Assembly: GCA_002245135.1 (NCBI GenBank)
Contig: NGBS01000583.1
Coordinates: 372,001-436,000, forward strand
DNA from: Proteromonas lacertae
Taxonomy: Eukaryota
DNA length: 64,000 nt
Reading direction: 5' to 3'
In this document: positions 1-15,500 of the stretch, one piece after another
Numbering within the stretch: the stretch's first letter is position 1
Layout of the letters: each line of letters begins with the position of its first letter
Notes under the pieces: model-generated
What the model was told of the DNA's origin: nothing
Database searches by the model: none
Seen by the model: only the letters and a program-made list of their open reading frames with translations
Made by a program: the position numbers and the translations under genes

Positions 1-3000
1 TATCTGTTAAGAATAAGTTGGAGTCAAATAGTTCGTCTATTGATACATCTGTATATGTAAATATTTGTAAGGAAGTAAAAGATTGGTGTGATACACATTC
101 AACTGAGAATACTAACTATGATGAAGCTGATGTAATTCAAGCTAAGATAAAAACTACAGAAAAGGAATTAAGAATTAGTATACAGATCAGTGAATTGAGA
201 AGCGAATTGTATTATATATATATCACTTTTATCTTAATAATAGTGATAAATTAAAGAATGAAGTTAAACAAATTAATGATATTGATGTTAAAGAATATAT
301 TTTTAACATTGAAGATAATGAAAGAGAATTGAATGAGATGAATGTGAAAACAACAACAATAAAAAAATGTAACGAGTGTATGGAAAGAATAGAAAAAATA
401 AATAATGATCTTCATTTGTACATTAAAAAAATAAGGGATATAAAAAAGGATTTTGATTCATTACATTCAATCTAGTATGTCTATTTGTATTATATTGATA
501 AATAGTAATGAATATGATAATCAGCTGAAATTATGCCCAAATAATTACAGTTTAACTGATTATCGTAACTTATTAGAAGAAATGAGTCAGTGGATTGAAA
601 AGCACACTATCTATAATTGTACAAGTGAAGAAATCAATAAAATGATTAGAAGATTAAAAGAAAAAAGCGAAACATTACCATCAGAAATAGATAAATTGAA
701 TGAAATTAATGATTTAATCACTCAAATCAAGTTTTCAATATCACAATTGAATAATAGGATAAAAGAGAATAACAAACAATACGACTTATCTGATTTTGAA
801 GAATCTTTTAAGAGATTATATAAATCTGTTGGGAAATTGAATGTGAACAAGTCAGACATTGATAAATGTTATGAACTACTATCTAGTATTGATGATGAAA
901 ATGAAAAATTACTGTCTTATTTGAAAGACAAAGATACAATTTCCTCGATTATTAATTCTATTGAAGCAGTGATTATATCATGTGAATCTGATTTGACTGA
1001 AGGCAGATACAAATCATTACAATCATTTGAGGAGAAAATAAGCACAGTTTCTGGTTGGATAAAGAAGAATCCTTTGAAGAGTAAAACTGCGCTATCAGAG
1101 TATTCAAAAAGGTCAGAAGAAATAGAAAGAATAAGAAATGAAATGGATTCGCAATTGGATGTGTTGGATCATCAAAATAAGATTATTAATAAATTGTATA
1201 TTTATTGTAAATTAAAATTAATTATTCAAAATAGGAATGGAATGAAAAAACAAGAAGAATATAGAGATTGTGTTTCTTTTGTTGAATATGTAAATATAAT
1301 TATCGATAAGGCTGGAAACATAAACAATTTGACTGAAGTAACAAAATTATATAATGAACTACCTAGATGTTTTAATCTACATCAGCAGATAAATAACAAT
1401 TTGTATATAATATACAATGTTTTAATATGATTTAGAGAAAAGTACAAAGTATTATATAACAACTTAATTAAGATGATGAAAAAGAATAAAACTAGCTACA
1501 CAGAAATTGATAACTTTTATCAAGAAATTGTATCAAAAACTAATCCTTTTCAGTTTAAAACAACAGCATTATCACAATTCATAGAAGTTGATCAAAGATT
1601 CACAATAATGTTGATAAAATTAAATGAAAAAATAGATGAATATAGATATTACCTTCTAAATTCTATTTATACAACTCAAATAAATGTATTCACAAGCGAT
1701 TTAAAAGCAGTGAATAAATACTCTGATGATTTGCTTCGATTTAATTCACAATTAACAATGAGACAAACGACAATGTCAACGATGAGGAGAACTATTAGTT
1801 CATTAAATGTAGAATCATTATATTCTTCACTTAGAATATTTAATAGATTATATGTATTATTTCTATTACTATAAAATAATTATAATGTATATATAGATTA
1901 TATGGAAATCTTCATTTGATGAAATAGTAAATAATATACAGTGTTTACTTTCCAATTCTCATTCAAATTATAAAATATATAGTAAATATGTATCCTTTCC
2001 AAAAGATTTTCAATCTGCTCTTGAAAATTATGAAGAAGAATCAATTAAACTAAAGGCAATAGCTGATGCAAAATCACTTTGTAGTAAAATAGAAATGTTT
2101 GATAAGACTAATACTGTATGAAATATAATTTTCATATGATTTGCCATAGGAGATAATAAATGAGTATATAAACAAATCCTTTAACAAAGTAAAGAATTAT
2201 GAGTATATGATTATTATTTTGTAATTTAAATAGAAATCAATTCAATAAAATGGCTCAGCAAACTCCAATCTTAAAAGAATATATCGAAAATGAGATTTAC
2301 TGTGATTATACAATAGAAACACCAATAGATTTATTGAAGCAAGAAGATGATCTTAAAAATCATGAAGACATATTAATAGTATGAAGTATTATCATTATTA
2401 TACCTAGAAAAGAAGGGATGAATATTATCAAAATCTAGAAAAGACGTATAAAAAATTCTATAAAATGAATTACAATATTACTAATCCCATATTTGATAAA
2501 GATGATTTTGCATTATCAATTAAAAGATGTACAAGTGGTTATGTTAATTTACTGTTCAAACAAAGCCAAACTATGAATCTTATGTATGTAATAATTAGTT
2601 ATATTATTATTTTTCTTTGAATAGAATAAGAGAATATTTACCAGTAGTTAATGAATTGTTTCAAATTATGAAGATTGATACAAGTGAATTGTTCTTTTCT
2701 ATATATCCAAGAATAACAAAAATTTGGCTAGTTAACTGTATAGATGTAGTATTTGAAAAATACAGATCCTTGTGCTTTTGTTATAAAGAAAAAATAGAGC
2801 TATACAAACAAATAATTATACTCATTTCAGAAATTGATAGTAAAAAAGCTGAAAACAATGTAATAGTTAGATATTCGTTTGGTGATGAAGATTTTAAAAA
2901 TAATCTAGACAAAGCTGTTATAACAATGAAAAATGAGGATTTAAGGAATTTAAAAAAGAATTTTAACAGAATTGTTAATATGTTTTAATTTATAAAAATA

Positions 3001-3032
3001 ATATTAATAGTAACAACCAATTAATTCACTAA
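1..3032 (+). CDS. Helical-repeat (spectrin-like/coiled-coil) protein A, 5'-truncated by window edge, multi-exon
   Basis: ORF fragments 18-2988 join in frame via ~30-nt GT-AG introns (e.g. 209-243, 475-505). K/E/N/I-rich amphipathic helices. C-terminal block (EYLPVVNELFQI) resembles gene B (TYLPCAITLFQI). Last exon uncertain (stop at 2988 or ~3032). Confidence 0.7.
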
Positions 3033-3054
3033 ATTGTTGTTGTGTATTTTTTTG

Positions 3055-3068
3055 TCAAACCTCAAGCC
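3055..3068. promoter_or_regulatory. Candidate core-promoter motif TCAAACCTCAAGCC (one example of the recurring TCRAGCY element)
   Basis: About 43 bp upstream of ATG 3111. The same heptamer or its reverse complement lies near several other starts (see findings). Confidence 0.55.
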
Positions 3069-3110
3069 GAAATCCAACCAAAATTATAAAAATTCTATAT
3101 TTTACCCTCT

Positions 3111-6100
3111 ATGGATAGCTTCTTGAGAGAAGCATCAGAATTAAAAAAAGACACTGGTTTGGAGGTTCCTCCTAAAAGAGTTGAAGTTGCTAAGAATAAG
3201 ATAGGTGATTCAAGAACAAGGGACTTTGAAGGATTGAGAAAACGTCTAATTGTATAATCTAAACATTAATATTACAATTATATTAGAGAATGAGGAAAAT
3301 GTACTGCTGTAAAAGAGTATATGAAGATCTTATGTATAATTTACAGTTACTACATCTTAGAAATTATGCGCTTGGAATTAAAGGTGATCATATCCGGAGA
3401 TTTAGAGAGATGCAACAGAAAATTGTTGAATATGATGAAATCGATGCTAGCACTGATGAGATTGATGATATTATGGATATTATTACTGTTATTATAGAAA
3501 ATTATGAACTTTTAGATAAAATGAGAGGATTTTATCAAATTCAAGTGTATAATGTATTAAATGAGTTATAATAGAAGCAAATTTACAGATTTGTATAGTA
3601 ATTATGCAGGTAGAATACCAGACAACATAACGCTATATTATAATAAACTTAAATCATATGGATTTAGAGATAATAACAGTGAAAACCTAACAAACCAATT
3701 TATTGAATTGAAAGAATATACAAACAGAATGGAAGTATTAATTTGTCTTATCTAAATAAATAGCATTTGGCTGTGACTTTTGACATGAATAAGTTCAACA
3801 GGATAAAGTATTATACACTCATATTTCTATTCTATTTTAGAGATGAATATCAAAGCTTAATTCGACAATGTGAAAAATCAATACTACATAATTTAGTTAT
3901 ACAATCTCATAGATTAATCTTAGAAAATGTAAATCAATATGTTCGATTAAACCCACTAAATGAAGATAATACAAATGATTATAAAGAAAAATTGAGATTG
4001 ATCGATGATAATTTAAACATATTGAAAGTTGTTTATCAAAATGGAGATAGAATTGTAAGAGTGTTGTATATATATCTTAATATATATTTTTAATAGAGAT
4101 GAACTGCAAAGATTATATAGTAAATGTCCTCCCACAATTCAGTCTTATTTCCCTGAGCATAATACTTATATACAAACTTGTTGTAATAAAGACTATTCAA
4201 GAATTAGTAATAGTGAAATTACTAAACTCGTAACTGATTCTAATGTTATTAAATATACTGTCGATGTATAGATTATTATTGATATTAATAATAGAACCGA
4301 TTAGATAATGTAAAAGAATTGAAATCCAAATTGTATTTTATTATTTATAGTTTTTAATTAATAGTAATACTATAATGAATAATTATGATAGAGTTAAAAG
4401 TTCTCTTAATAACAGTAGTATTGTTTACCATTATAACAATCTTATCCAACAAATGAAAGTATTTGATAATTATAATGATGTTACTGCCACATTTATTAAT
4501 ACTTTTCAATCCAAATTGAATGATTTTGAAGAGGTTATTCATTTTAATGAAAGTAAAGGAAATGGAGATGAAGCATTAAATATTCTTATACATATCCAAG
4601 AACAAATGTATATATATTTATATTTGTCATATTAATATATTAATAGAGAAAAATATGAAAATATCAAATTGCAGTATAAAAATATGAATTTTAATTCTTA
4701 CAAATCATCATATGAAGGTGTGTGTAGTTGGTATAGAAGCAATATAACTAATCCTGATAGAGTTATAGTATCTGAAGCAAAAGAAAAGAAACAGAAAATA
4801 GATGATATAATTCTGAAAGTTTTGGTATATTTTATTTTATATTTAAAATTTATATATTTTGTATGTATAGTACAGAGTTGCTAAAGCAGATATGGAAGAA
4901 TTAAATATCTTTTATGAAGATTGTAGACAGCGCGGAGTTAATGTAAGTGGAATTAATATGAGAGAAATATTTCCTGTTGATATTTTGGATGATTTATTTG
5001 AACGTAAAAGCAAAGATATTTCATTTTATGAGGATATGTTACATGATATACAGTCTGTGCATGATAATTTAAGAGTATTATCAGAATCTAGTGTTACAAC
5101 TATAGTGAATGAGATTAGTAGTTTATTGTATGTTTGTATTTAGTATATATTTGTAATAGAAACAGTTTTTATTATAAATATAATGATAATTCTTCAATCA
5201 GAGAACTGCCTCAATTAAGATCAGCTTATGATGAAATAGTTGAATGGGTTAGAATCCATAACAATAACAATAACACATCTAAAGATGAAGCTGAAGAAAC
5301 GCTCAACAAAATGAAAAGATTAATTGCTGATTTAGAGGTATAGATATGTATGTATATTTCTGATTAGTCGATAATAAGGAAACATAAGGTGGAAAATGAA
5401 TTGTATTCTTATTTATTGTTTATTCTCATAGTAATAAACTTGTGACAAAGTATCCTGGTGGAAATGATTCTATAATTCCTGAACATCAACAATTAATAGA
5501 TGAATATATGAATATGGATTATCATAAGATAGATGATAATCAATTTGAACGAATGATATTAAGAATAAGGAATCTAAGTCAAGTTATATCATCAAAGATT
5601 GATCAATCAATTGAATTGTCTAGTAGAATGTATAAATTATTGTTATATATTTGATCATATAGTAATGAAATAAAACAAAAATATCAAAATTGTAGAAATA
5701 GAGGGATTATTCTACAAGATTTAGATGTTTATTATAATAAACTATCAGATTATGAAAGGAAAATAAGAAAATATGAAATTAATAATAATGATATTCAAAA
5801 TATAGATGAAGAAATTAACAGTTTAAGTCATAAAATTGATGAAAAAGAAGAGGAGTACAATAATAAGACTAAAATAATGATGGAGGAATTGGCTGGATTA
5901 TTGTATAAACTAAATGTATATAATATCTTCAAATAGACAAGACTTCTACAGTTTAGGTTGTTCAAAAATTGTAAGAGATCATATAAAAGAATGTAATGAT
6001 TATTTTGAAGTATATGAAAGTGTTAATAGTTGGTTTCAAAGTCATCAAGCTGATACTATTAGCAAACAGGATGTTGAAGAAAAGTTGAAAGAAATGAAGA

Positions 6101-8898
6101 AATTTTTTAATAAATTAATGTTACAAAGTGATATTTGGGAATTATCATCAAAATTGTATATTTCATTATATTTTTTAACTCTAATTTTTTGTTATAGAAA
6201 TAAAATAAGTGAATTGATTAAAAGAGAAAAACAAAAGTATTTGAACATTAGTTATAGTGATTATGTAAATAATTGTGAATTATTCAGTAAAAGACTGTCT
6301 AAATTGGATATAAATCGAAGTAGTAAAACAGAAATAAGAAATTTAAAAACAGAAGTGGAAAAATTGGAGAATAATCTAAATGGATATATTCGACAGTGTG
6401 ATACTATCATTCCAATATTAGAAAATATTAAAAGTGAATTGTATATATATATATATATATTAATTATATATTATTTAGAAATAAAATATATGGAGTATTA
6501 GAAAAGAACAGACGTAGATATAATCTTGAAAAGGAAATAACTGAATATCGATCATTGAATACTTGGTTTGAATCATGTAATGGAAGTAATCTGGCTAAGC
6601 TGACAAAGGAAAGTTGTGACAGTAAACTGAATGAAGCAAAGCAAATAACTGAAAGTCTGATTAAATCTATACAAGAAGGAAAGAAGTTAGAAAATTGTCA
6701 TAAAGATAGAGTTGATGAATTGTATCAATTGTTGTTATATTATTATTATTAGACAAAAGTTTATTACCAAAATAAACAAATCAAAATATAATGTTTCACT
6801 ATTCAAATCAAAATGTAATGAAATACAGAAATTGTTGAATGAAAAAACTCCTCTAAATTCAGGTTTAGATGATTATATTAAAATAAAGAATGATATTGAT
6901 GAACTTGTTGATAAATTCTGTGCATTTACCGAAGAAAGAAAAAAGGTACAAACTGCTATTACGAATATGAATAATAAATTGTATTTTTTATTCTCCTTAT
7001 TTATGTATATCAATAGATCCGAATTTAATAATTTAGTTGAAACTTACCCAACAAATTTAGCAATAAAGAACAACTCACCAGGAGTAGAGAATATAAGTAA
7101 ATGGTTAAGAGCTAATACAATAAATTCAAATTCTCCATTAAGTGAATATGGAAAGAGATTATCTCAATTAAAAGAAATATTACAAAAGGTGAATGATGCA
7201 ATAGATGCATCAATGAGACAAGAACAATTGGTTAAAGAGATAAACATAAAAGTTCGACAATACAAAAATAATAAGGAGGTATATAACTATTTGAATCAAT
7301 TACTGAATAAACTGAAGAATATAAGCGAAGTAAATAATGTTCAAAGAAATTTATCAGAATTAGAAAACTGTTATGAAAAGAAACAAATTATTATTGGAAA
7401 AATGTATTATGCATCATTATTTATCTTCATTTAATAGAAACAAATTTTGTAGTTTATTTGATTATTTAAGCAGTCGACGTGCTTCAATAGATGCAGATGT
7501 AAAACGATATTATAATTCAATTAAATCAGATTTACATATGTTTGATTTGTCAAACAACACTCTAGAATCATATGAAGCGAAACTAGAAGATATTAAAAGA
7601 ATGATGAATCTCATAAAACAAAATGTAAAGATTTATCAAATGAGATTAATAATAAATACACACGAAACTCAAATATACTTTTATTCTGAAGAGTATAATC
7701 ATTTGTATCCTGATGAACCAATTGCATATCCAGAATCATATAATGATTTTACAATGAGCCATTCTATATACAGAGCTCAGGAGAGTAATATAACAGATAA
7801 AATGAACGATTCAATCAACAGATTTAATATTGTTTATCATACATATCATAATAAAATATTGGAATTACAGGAGAATATTAAAATGATAATGGATAATATG
7901 AAAAGTAAATACAGTAATAATTTTAAAACAATTAGTAAATTGAATAGTAATGCATTACCACCAACCTTTTATCAGGATTTTACTGCCATTATAGATAATC
8001 CATCGAACAGTTTAACTGTTTGTAATAGACAATATGAACTTGCATTAGAGTATAAAAATATATTAGATGAAGCAATTGATGAATATTATTCCAATAAAAC
8101 TTCTGTTATTACAAAGTTGCAAAATGAAATTGCTACATTAGCCCAACAAGTACCAATACTAAGAGATGATTATAATAGTATTGATTTCAATTTAGAAGGT
8201 CGAAATACTCAATATTTAGCTGATTTTGAACTAAGATTAGTTGATTTAAAGAAACAATTTATAGAAAAAAGAAACAAGTATTACAACGAATCTTTAGCTC
8301 CATATTATATCAAGATGTACTGTTCATTATATCGTCAAAACTATACCCCTAATACTGATTTACACAACTTCATCAAAAATGTTACAATACCATATAGTTA
8401 TGAAAGATATAGAAGACAATGTGGTTTGTTTAGATATTTGTATATATTTATTATTATTATTAATATTATTATTGTATTTAGGTGTAACACATATTTACCA
8501 TGTGCTATTACGTTGTTTCAAATTTTAGCTATTAAAGATGAAAAGAGAGTGTGTAATGAAGTAATGCCCAAAATGTATAATGAGATAATGAGTGTAGTTG
8601 ATTTGAAAGATATTGATGCAATGTTCTTTAAATATCAGAATTTATATAATAAGTTGATTAATTTGATAGGTATGTGTAGTAAATACGATTCATTAAAGTA
8701 TTAATTCAATCTAATATTTTATTTTCTAGGAGTTCAATTTTAAGTATGCAGTATGAATTGCAAAATCGTAATATAAAATTAAATTTCTCAGTTCCACAAT
8801 TGAATTCACACCAAAAGTTGACAATTGACATGAATAGTTTTGGTAAGATTATAGAAGATATGAAAAAAGCAAATAGTATTCTTAATTCATATAAATGA
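3111..8898 (+). CDS. Helical-repeat (spectrin-like) protein B, multi-exon
   Basis: ATG 3111 (MDSFLREASEL). Many short introns link ORFs 3290-8704; final stop TGA 8896-8898. Repeated motifs PEH(Q/N)xL, CRxRG(V/I) and 'WxxxN' helices. Confidence 0.75.
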
Positions 8899-8977
8899 TG
8901 ATAATATTTTGATTAATCTTCCTATATATGAGTTTTTAATTTTTGGGTTTATCAAAAATATTTTTCATTGAACCAAA

Positions 8978-10843
8978 ATGTTACATAGCTTTTTCTCATT
9001 ATCTAGACAGTTTAGAGTTATCAATAGATTTTCATCTGTTAGAATACCTTGCATAAATCTTTTATGTAAGAGAAATTTCACAGAAACTATGTATGTTTTT
9101 GTATTTAGTTGTTTAGTGATGGTGAATTCAATTATTATTGCAACAGTATATGGCAAAAAGCACAAAATAATATAATAAGTAATTCAATAGTCTTAAAAAT
9201 AATAAAGTCGCCAAATGTTGCTTCTCAAACAGTTTATTGTCAATGCATGCAAGTATGTGATAATGCTCAGATGATAATCGAAACTTATAACAAAATAGTG
9301 CAAGTGGGCTTGATTCCTGATATTGCTACTTTAACTACATTAATATCTCGTTTATTCTGTTGTAAAGCAATAGAACAAGCAGAATATTTCTATATGAAAA
9401 TATCAGCTGAAATTATTCTCCCAATTAAATCATATCACGATATCTTATACTATGCAGCACTTCAAAAGGATTATATATTCATAGAGAAAGTAATAGATGA
9501 TATAATATCAAATCATGTAAATATCAGTCCTCAAATTTACTATTACATTGTACATGGTTGTTCAAATGATATTTCAGTTTTAACGGATCTATTTTCAAGA
9601 ATGATATCATATGGTGTATGTCCAAGGTATGAAGATTTATTATATTTATTTAAATATCAACCATATAAAAGTGATTCATTGTTATATGCATTAAGATACT
9701 TAAAATTTGCTGTTAATTCAAAGATTGATATTGATGAAAATATATTTTGTATTTACTTAAATAAAATCAGTAGAACACATCGAATGAGTATTAGTACTAA
9801 AATATCACTAGTAAAACAAATATTGGGATTAAAAAAGTTAAGAAATATTCCAGTAACTTGGCATTATTATAACTCACTAATGAATATGGCAAATGAGACT
9901 AAATCATTGAGATTTGGTAATCAAATATGGAATGAAATAATAAAAGCAAAAATTGAACCAAATGAAATATTATATGCAAATTATGTGAAATTGTTAGGAA
10001 GTTTAGGATTGCATGTTGAATGTGGGAAAATAATAGAAGAAATGCAAAGTAAAAGTATATATTATCTTTTATTCATATTTTGAATAGAATTATATGTATC
10101 AATTTATTTATGTAATTCACTATTACAAGCTTGTAGTTTCAATGGAAGATTTGATTTAGTTTATGAATTATATAAACAGTTTATTTCAAAGAACATTACA
10201 CCAAATATGACTACTTATTGTCATATTCTTTTTTGTCTTTCAAAGAATAGTAGTAATCACAAATTAGATAAGAAAAAGTATATGGAAACTATAATATCCT
10301 ATATATCTTATATTTTATCACATTATTCATATAATGATTTCTTTATAAGATATTCTATTTTGGCTTTATCAAAATACAATCTATTCGATTTTATTCGAAG
10401 TATTATATATGAATGCTAATAAGAATTTAATAAGAATAACATCTAATACTCTTCAATATGTATTTATCAATGCAATTGCTAGTGGTAATATTCAAATGGT
10501 TTCCAATCTGTTAAATGATATGAAAAATACAAGAGTTGAAATGTCAGTGAAAATGGGTAGAGTTTTGCTAAATACTTTTGAAACAAAGTTTAATGGAGTG
10601 TATATGTGTTATTATAAAGATTTATATAATAAGTTGTTAGAGTTGCATTGCGATATAGATAATGAGAATGCTGTTCACGCGAAGAATCTGATTCAGCATC
10701 TAGATCCAAAGAATGATATGTTATTGCCTAATCCAGATTTGAAGTATAATTCATTTGATGATTTATTGAATTATACAAAAGAAGGATCACTTGAAGCAAT
10801 ATTAGAAGAAGCTTTGAAACAATACCAGCTCCTTTTAAAATAG
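8978..10843 (+). CDS. Pentatricopeptide-repeat (PPR) protein, probably mitochondrion/MRO-targeted
   Basis: R/S/F-rich leader MLHSFFSLSRQFRVINRFSSVR. PPR-like motifs GLIPDIATLTTLI, IPVTWHYYNSLM, IEPNEILYANYV, ITPNMTTYCHIL. Introns about 9091-9116 and 10056-10088. Confidence 0.8.
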
Positions 10844-10958
10844 ATTATTTATATCTTAATTAAGCTGTTTTTGTTTGTAATATATGTCTGTAATATATGA
10901 AAAATCTACTGTAAAGTGTGAGAAGCTTGGCTTGATTTAATTTTTAAAAAGAAAAATA

Positions 10959-12488
10959 ATGGAAGGTAGAATAGCAGGGATCGATTTAGGAACAACTTAT
11001 TCTTCATGTGGGGTTGTAAAAATAAATAAAGTAGAATTGGCCCCATTTAATAGTAGTGATTACAGAGAGCCATCTTGGTATCATTACAATGGCGCTTCAG
11101 AAATATATGGAAGTGCTGCAAAGGATAAAGCAGCAACAGAAATTGAGTTGTGTATGTATGATTCAAAGAGATTTATAGGTAAGACCTATAATGAAGTCAA
11201 AGAAAGATGTTGGAAGATATGTGAATGTAATAAATAGAGATGATAAAATTGTTTATGAAATAAAAAATAGTGAAAATCAATTATTAGGAACTTTCACTCC
11301 ACAGACTGTTCATGAAAAATTGTTGAAGAAATTCAAAAGGGATTTAGACTCATTCAATGGTGAACAGTTAACTAGAGCTGTAATAGGTATTCCAGCAACT
11401 TATAACAAAAGTCAAAGAGAAGCAACAATGAAAGCTGCTTTATGTGATACAACAAGTCCTAATGGAGTTAATACAGTTTATAAAAGTGTAAAACTAATAA
11501 AAGAGCCAGTAGCTGTAGCAATTTCATATTTATATGATTTATCAAATCCAGTAAATGTAACAAACAATTCAAAGATTTTAATTTATGACTTTGGTGGTGG
11601 TACATTTGATTTAGCATTAGTAGAATATGATAATGGTTATTTAAAAGTCATAGCAACAGATGGTAAAGATCATTTGGGAGGACAAGATATTACAAATGCT
11701 ATATACGAGTATTATGAGAAGAAATATAAAAAAGAAATAGAATCAAATGATATAATGAAAACTAAAAGGAAAAAAGGAAGATTATTGAAAGCATGTGAAG
11801 AAGTAAAGAAATTGTTTGTTGATGAAAATGCTGAAAATGGAACTTTAGATTTTGGTGATAGTGATGAATTAAGCTATGCTTTATTTGAAAGATTATCAGA
11901 TCCTTTTATAGATGACACAATTAAACTAACCAAAGACTTTTTGAAAAAGAATAGTGTAAAAGCAAATGAATTGTATAAAGTAATTGGAACAGGAGGTTCA
12001 AGCATGTTGAGAAATGTTAAAGAAAAATTGTCTAAAGTATTTACAAAAGATAAAATTCTTATAAGTAAAACACCATTTGAAGATGTTGCTAAAGGTGTTG
12101 TATTATACGGTTATAAGTTTATGCAACGTGAAACAATTGCTCCAATTGGTATTAGAGCAACAAGAGACAAGAAGAAGCGTTTTATAGAGATACTTCCAGT
12201 AGGAACAAAATGGGGTAAAACAATCACAGTAACTGGAGTAAATGATAATAAAGCACCTGATGCATTATTCAAGTTTTATGAATATGATCTATCTGAAGAG
12301 AATTATTTAGGGAAATTGATATTACCTTTTAGTGATAAATACAAGAATAAGAAATTAATTCTATTCAAGTGACATTGAAAGTGAAAATTAATAATTATGG
12401 TGAACTTGAAGCAACAGCAAGTTATGAAGATGGAGATGAGAAAAAAGTAATTATTCGTTTATTTAAAACTAAAGAAGATATTGAATGA
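10959..12488 (+). pseudogene. Divergent intronless Hsp70-family gene with two frameshifts (pseudogene or assembly indels)
   Basis: Hsp70 motifs GIDLGTTYS, DSKRFIG, IPATYNKSQREAT, LIKEPVAVA, YDFGGGTFD, HLGGQD, GGSS. Frame breaks near 11200 and 12350. A third frame continues IQVTLKVKINNYGELEATA (SBD-beta-like) to TGA at 12488. Confidence 0.75.
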
Positions 12489-12563
12489 ATTTAAACGTTA
12501 TTTTATTTTGATTTTTGTATTGTATGATATTTTCTAACACAAACAGAATTATAGGATAATTTT

Positions 12564-15500
12564 TTAATTCAATTGTTTTCTTAGAAGCTGTATATTATTC
12601 TTTAATTCATTAATCAATTCAATAAAATCATTTTCAATAAAATTATACAGGAATGAATGAACTATTTTATCCATCATTTCCATTTGATCTTTAACTATTA
12701 TCTTCTTTCCATTTAATTTCTCTACTAGATTAGTATAAGTGTTTCTTTTCTCTAAATATTCATTGAAAATATCTTATAATCATCTATAAACAAATTATAA
12801 TGCAAGAAATTATAATACATCACATCTTAAAGTTAAGAAATTATACTTTTCCATTAAACTTTCTGTATCTCGAAGATTCTCAAAGAATGTTTCATACTGG
12901 CTTATTACATTATTAGCTATAATATCACTATATTGATTATTTACATCAAAAAGTGAAACTAGTTGTAAAACAGATGATAAATGCTTTTCATTTATATAGC
13001 GAATTAATTGTGACTTACTTTGATATTTCCTTAAATATGGAAGAGAAGTTTCTCTAATATAATCATTTAATTGTCTATTATGAACATCTTCTTGAGTAAT
13101 TGAACTATAATACAGTATAAAATATATATTCAAATATACATATAAATAATTTCGTATTGTTTTTCTAAACTGTTGGATTGATCATTCAATTGTTCTGTTA
13201 TTTCACTTTCATACTGCAATAATTCACTTACATGACTATCAATTAATATTGGATCATCAATATCATAATGAAAAACGATTTTAGATACAAATGATTGAAT
13301 GCTTGGATGTTTCAATGCAATATCTTTAAACTTATATTCATAACTTCTAATATCATCTCTTTTACTCTTCAAATATTGGTTTATTAAAGGCTATATATTG
13401 TTTATAGTAATAGTTTATAATACTTTTACTTTCTTTGTATATAACAAGTTATGTGATTTGATTAATTGATAACTTTCATACATATTGAAATGTGGAGTTT
13501 TGCATAATTGCTTATACTCTTCACATATATCATCAGGTATTTGTATATAATTCTTATATTTTTCATATGCTTTTGTAAATCTCTTTTCTACATTTGATAA
13601 TCTATTCTCATTCTCTAGTTTTGCAGCTTGATAAGTAGTCTACCATAATTTATATAAATATTATTATTATACATAAACAAAATTCCAATCTTCAATCAAT
13701 TTCTCACAATAAGTAATAGCTGTTGGTAAATCTTCAGCTGATCTTTCTACTGAGAAATATTCCATTATCTCTTTACATGATTCTGGTAATTCAATCTCTT
13801 GATCATCATCAGGTTTGTTTTGATTGTATTCTGTTACACAATCTCTTAACTGAGTAGTATATATAGAAGTAATAAGTTTATAAGCTGTCATTGAATCATA
13901 ACTCTAAAGGAATATAAAGAAAAATTATAGATACAATCAATCTACTATAGTTTCTAGTAAGTATATTTTGTGCTTCTTTGAACTGAGCCAAGTTGTTTTG
14001 AGTAATAGAAAGTAACTTATCATTATCTAATTCTTCATACTGATCAATTAAACTCTGATCGACTGATATATTCTTACTCTTTAAGTCATTATAAGCTGAT
14101 TTGTATTTTGATTTCAACACTGATAGATTTATTTTAATCTTATAACATTCTGGCAGTTCTGTTACTATTTGTTTAGCAACTTGAATTCCAGAATGAGATA
14201 ATACTTGTCTCTTTATTACATTCAAATAATCAATCATTTCTGCATCAATATAAGTTGAACTTAGTTTATCTCTATAAATCAAATTATTATTATTAACAAA
14301 TAATACATTTCTGATAGTAATAAAGCTTCTTCATTTTCTTCAGCTACAAAGTTATTGATTTCATTCGAAAGATCATTTAATTCATTCAATTTGTCATTAT
14401 ATTCACTAAGTGGAGTAGTAATAATTAATGGATGCATCATTAACCATTGACTTATCATATTGTATTTATTCTGTAACTTCACTTTATTCATATTCGATGA
14501 AGTGTTTATTATTTCTTGATATTTATCTCTACAAAAATATATAATTAAAACTAATCATACAACTCTGATTGTATTACTAAAATCATATCAGCCACTTGAA
14601 TTCTTTCTTTAATAAACACATCTAATTCTGAAATAGTTTGGTTTATTTGACTGATTATTTCAGTATAATCGTTTATTGATGAATGTTCAATATCGTGTGT
14701 ATTTAAAAACTCAATGTATTGTGTATACTTTTCAGAGAAAGTTGATAAATCATAAAGTGTCATGTTGTTTTGAATAACATCATAAAGAATACGACTAATA
14801 AATGAATATTAAATGAATGTATATACATTTGATCTTGACATTGTTTCTCTAATCTATCAACAGTTTGATTTGATTGGATAAATATCTAATAATATAAGCA
14901 ACAAAACAACATACTTCTATCTGTTTAAGTGTTTCTTTTATTTTCTTTGACATTTCAATACATTCACTTTCTTCAGCTTTTTCAATATTTAGTTTTGAAA
15001 CCCAATCACAATATAATTGATAGTTTGCTAGAAAATCATTTAAATTGTACATTTTGTTATTGTCTATCATTGTATATAATGCAGTTCTATAAAGCAATAA
15101 GTGTGAAGAATAATTATACATATCATTTTGTATATCTAGCAATATTGGTTTTATCTTATCAATTTTAGTTTTATAATTATTCAATTCAGTTATAAACGAA
15201 GTAATTTCATCATATAACTCTGCAAATTGTTGAGAAGTAGTGGTTTCTGGTGTTACTAATGATATTTTAGTATGTAAATCAAGGTATCTTGATAAGAAAT
15301 CAGTGTCACTAATATCATATTCTGCCTGAGTGTCTTTCATTAACTGATCTAAAACAGCTCTAAAATGAATAAAACATAACGATAAAATACAATTGTTCTT
15401 TCACTTTGTTAAAAGTACCTTCACTTTCACTTTGATTGATTAATTTCTAGATCATTATAATAGAATGGACTAATAATTATATATTTATACTTTATATGAT

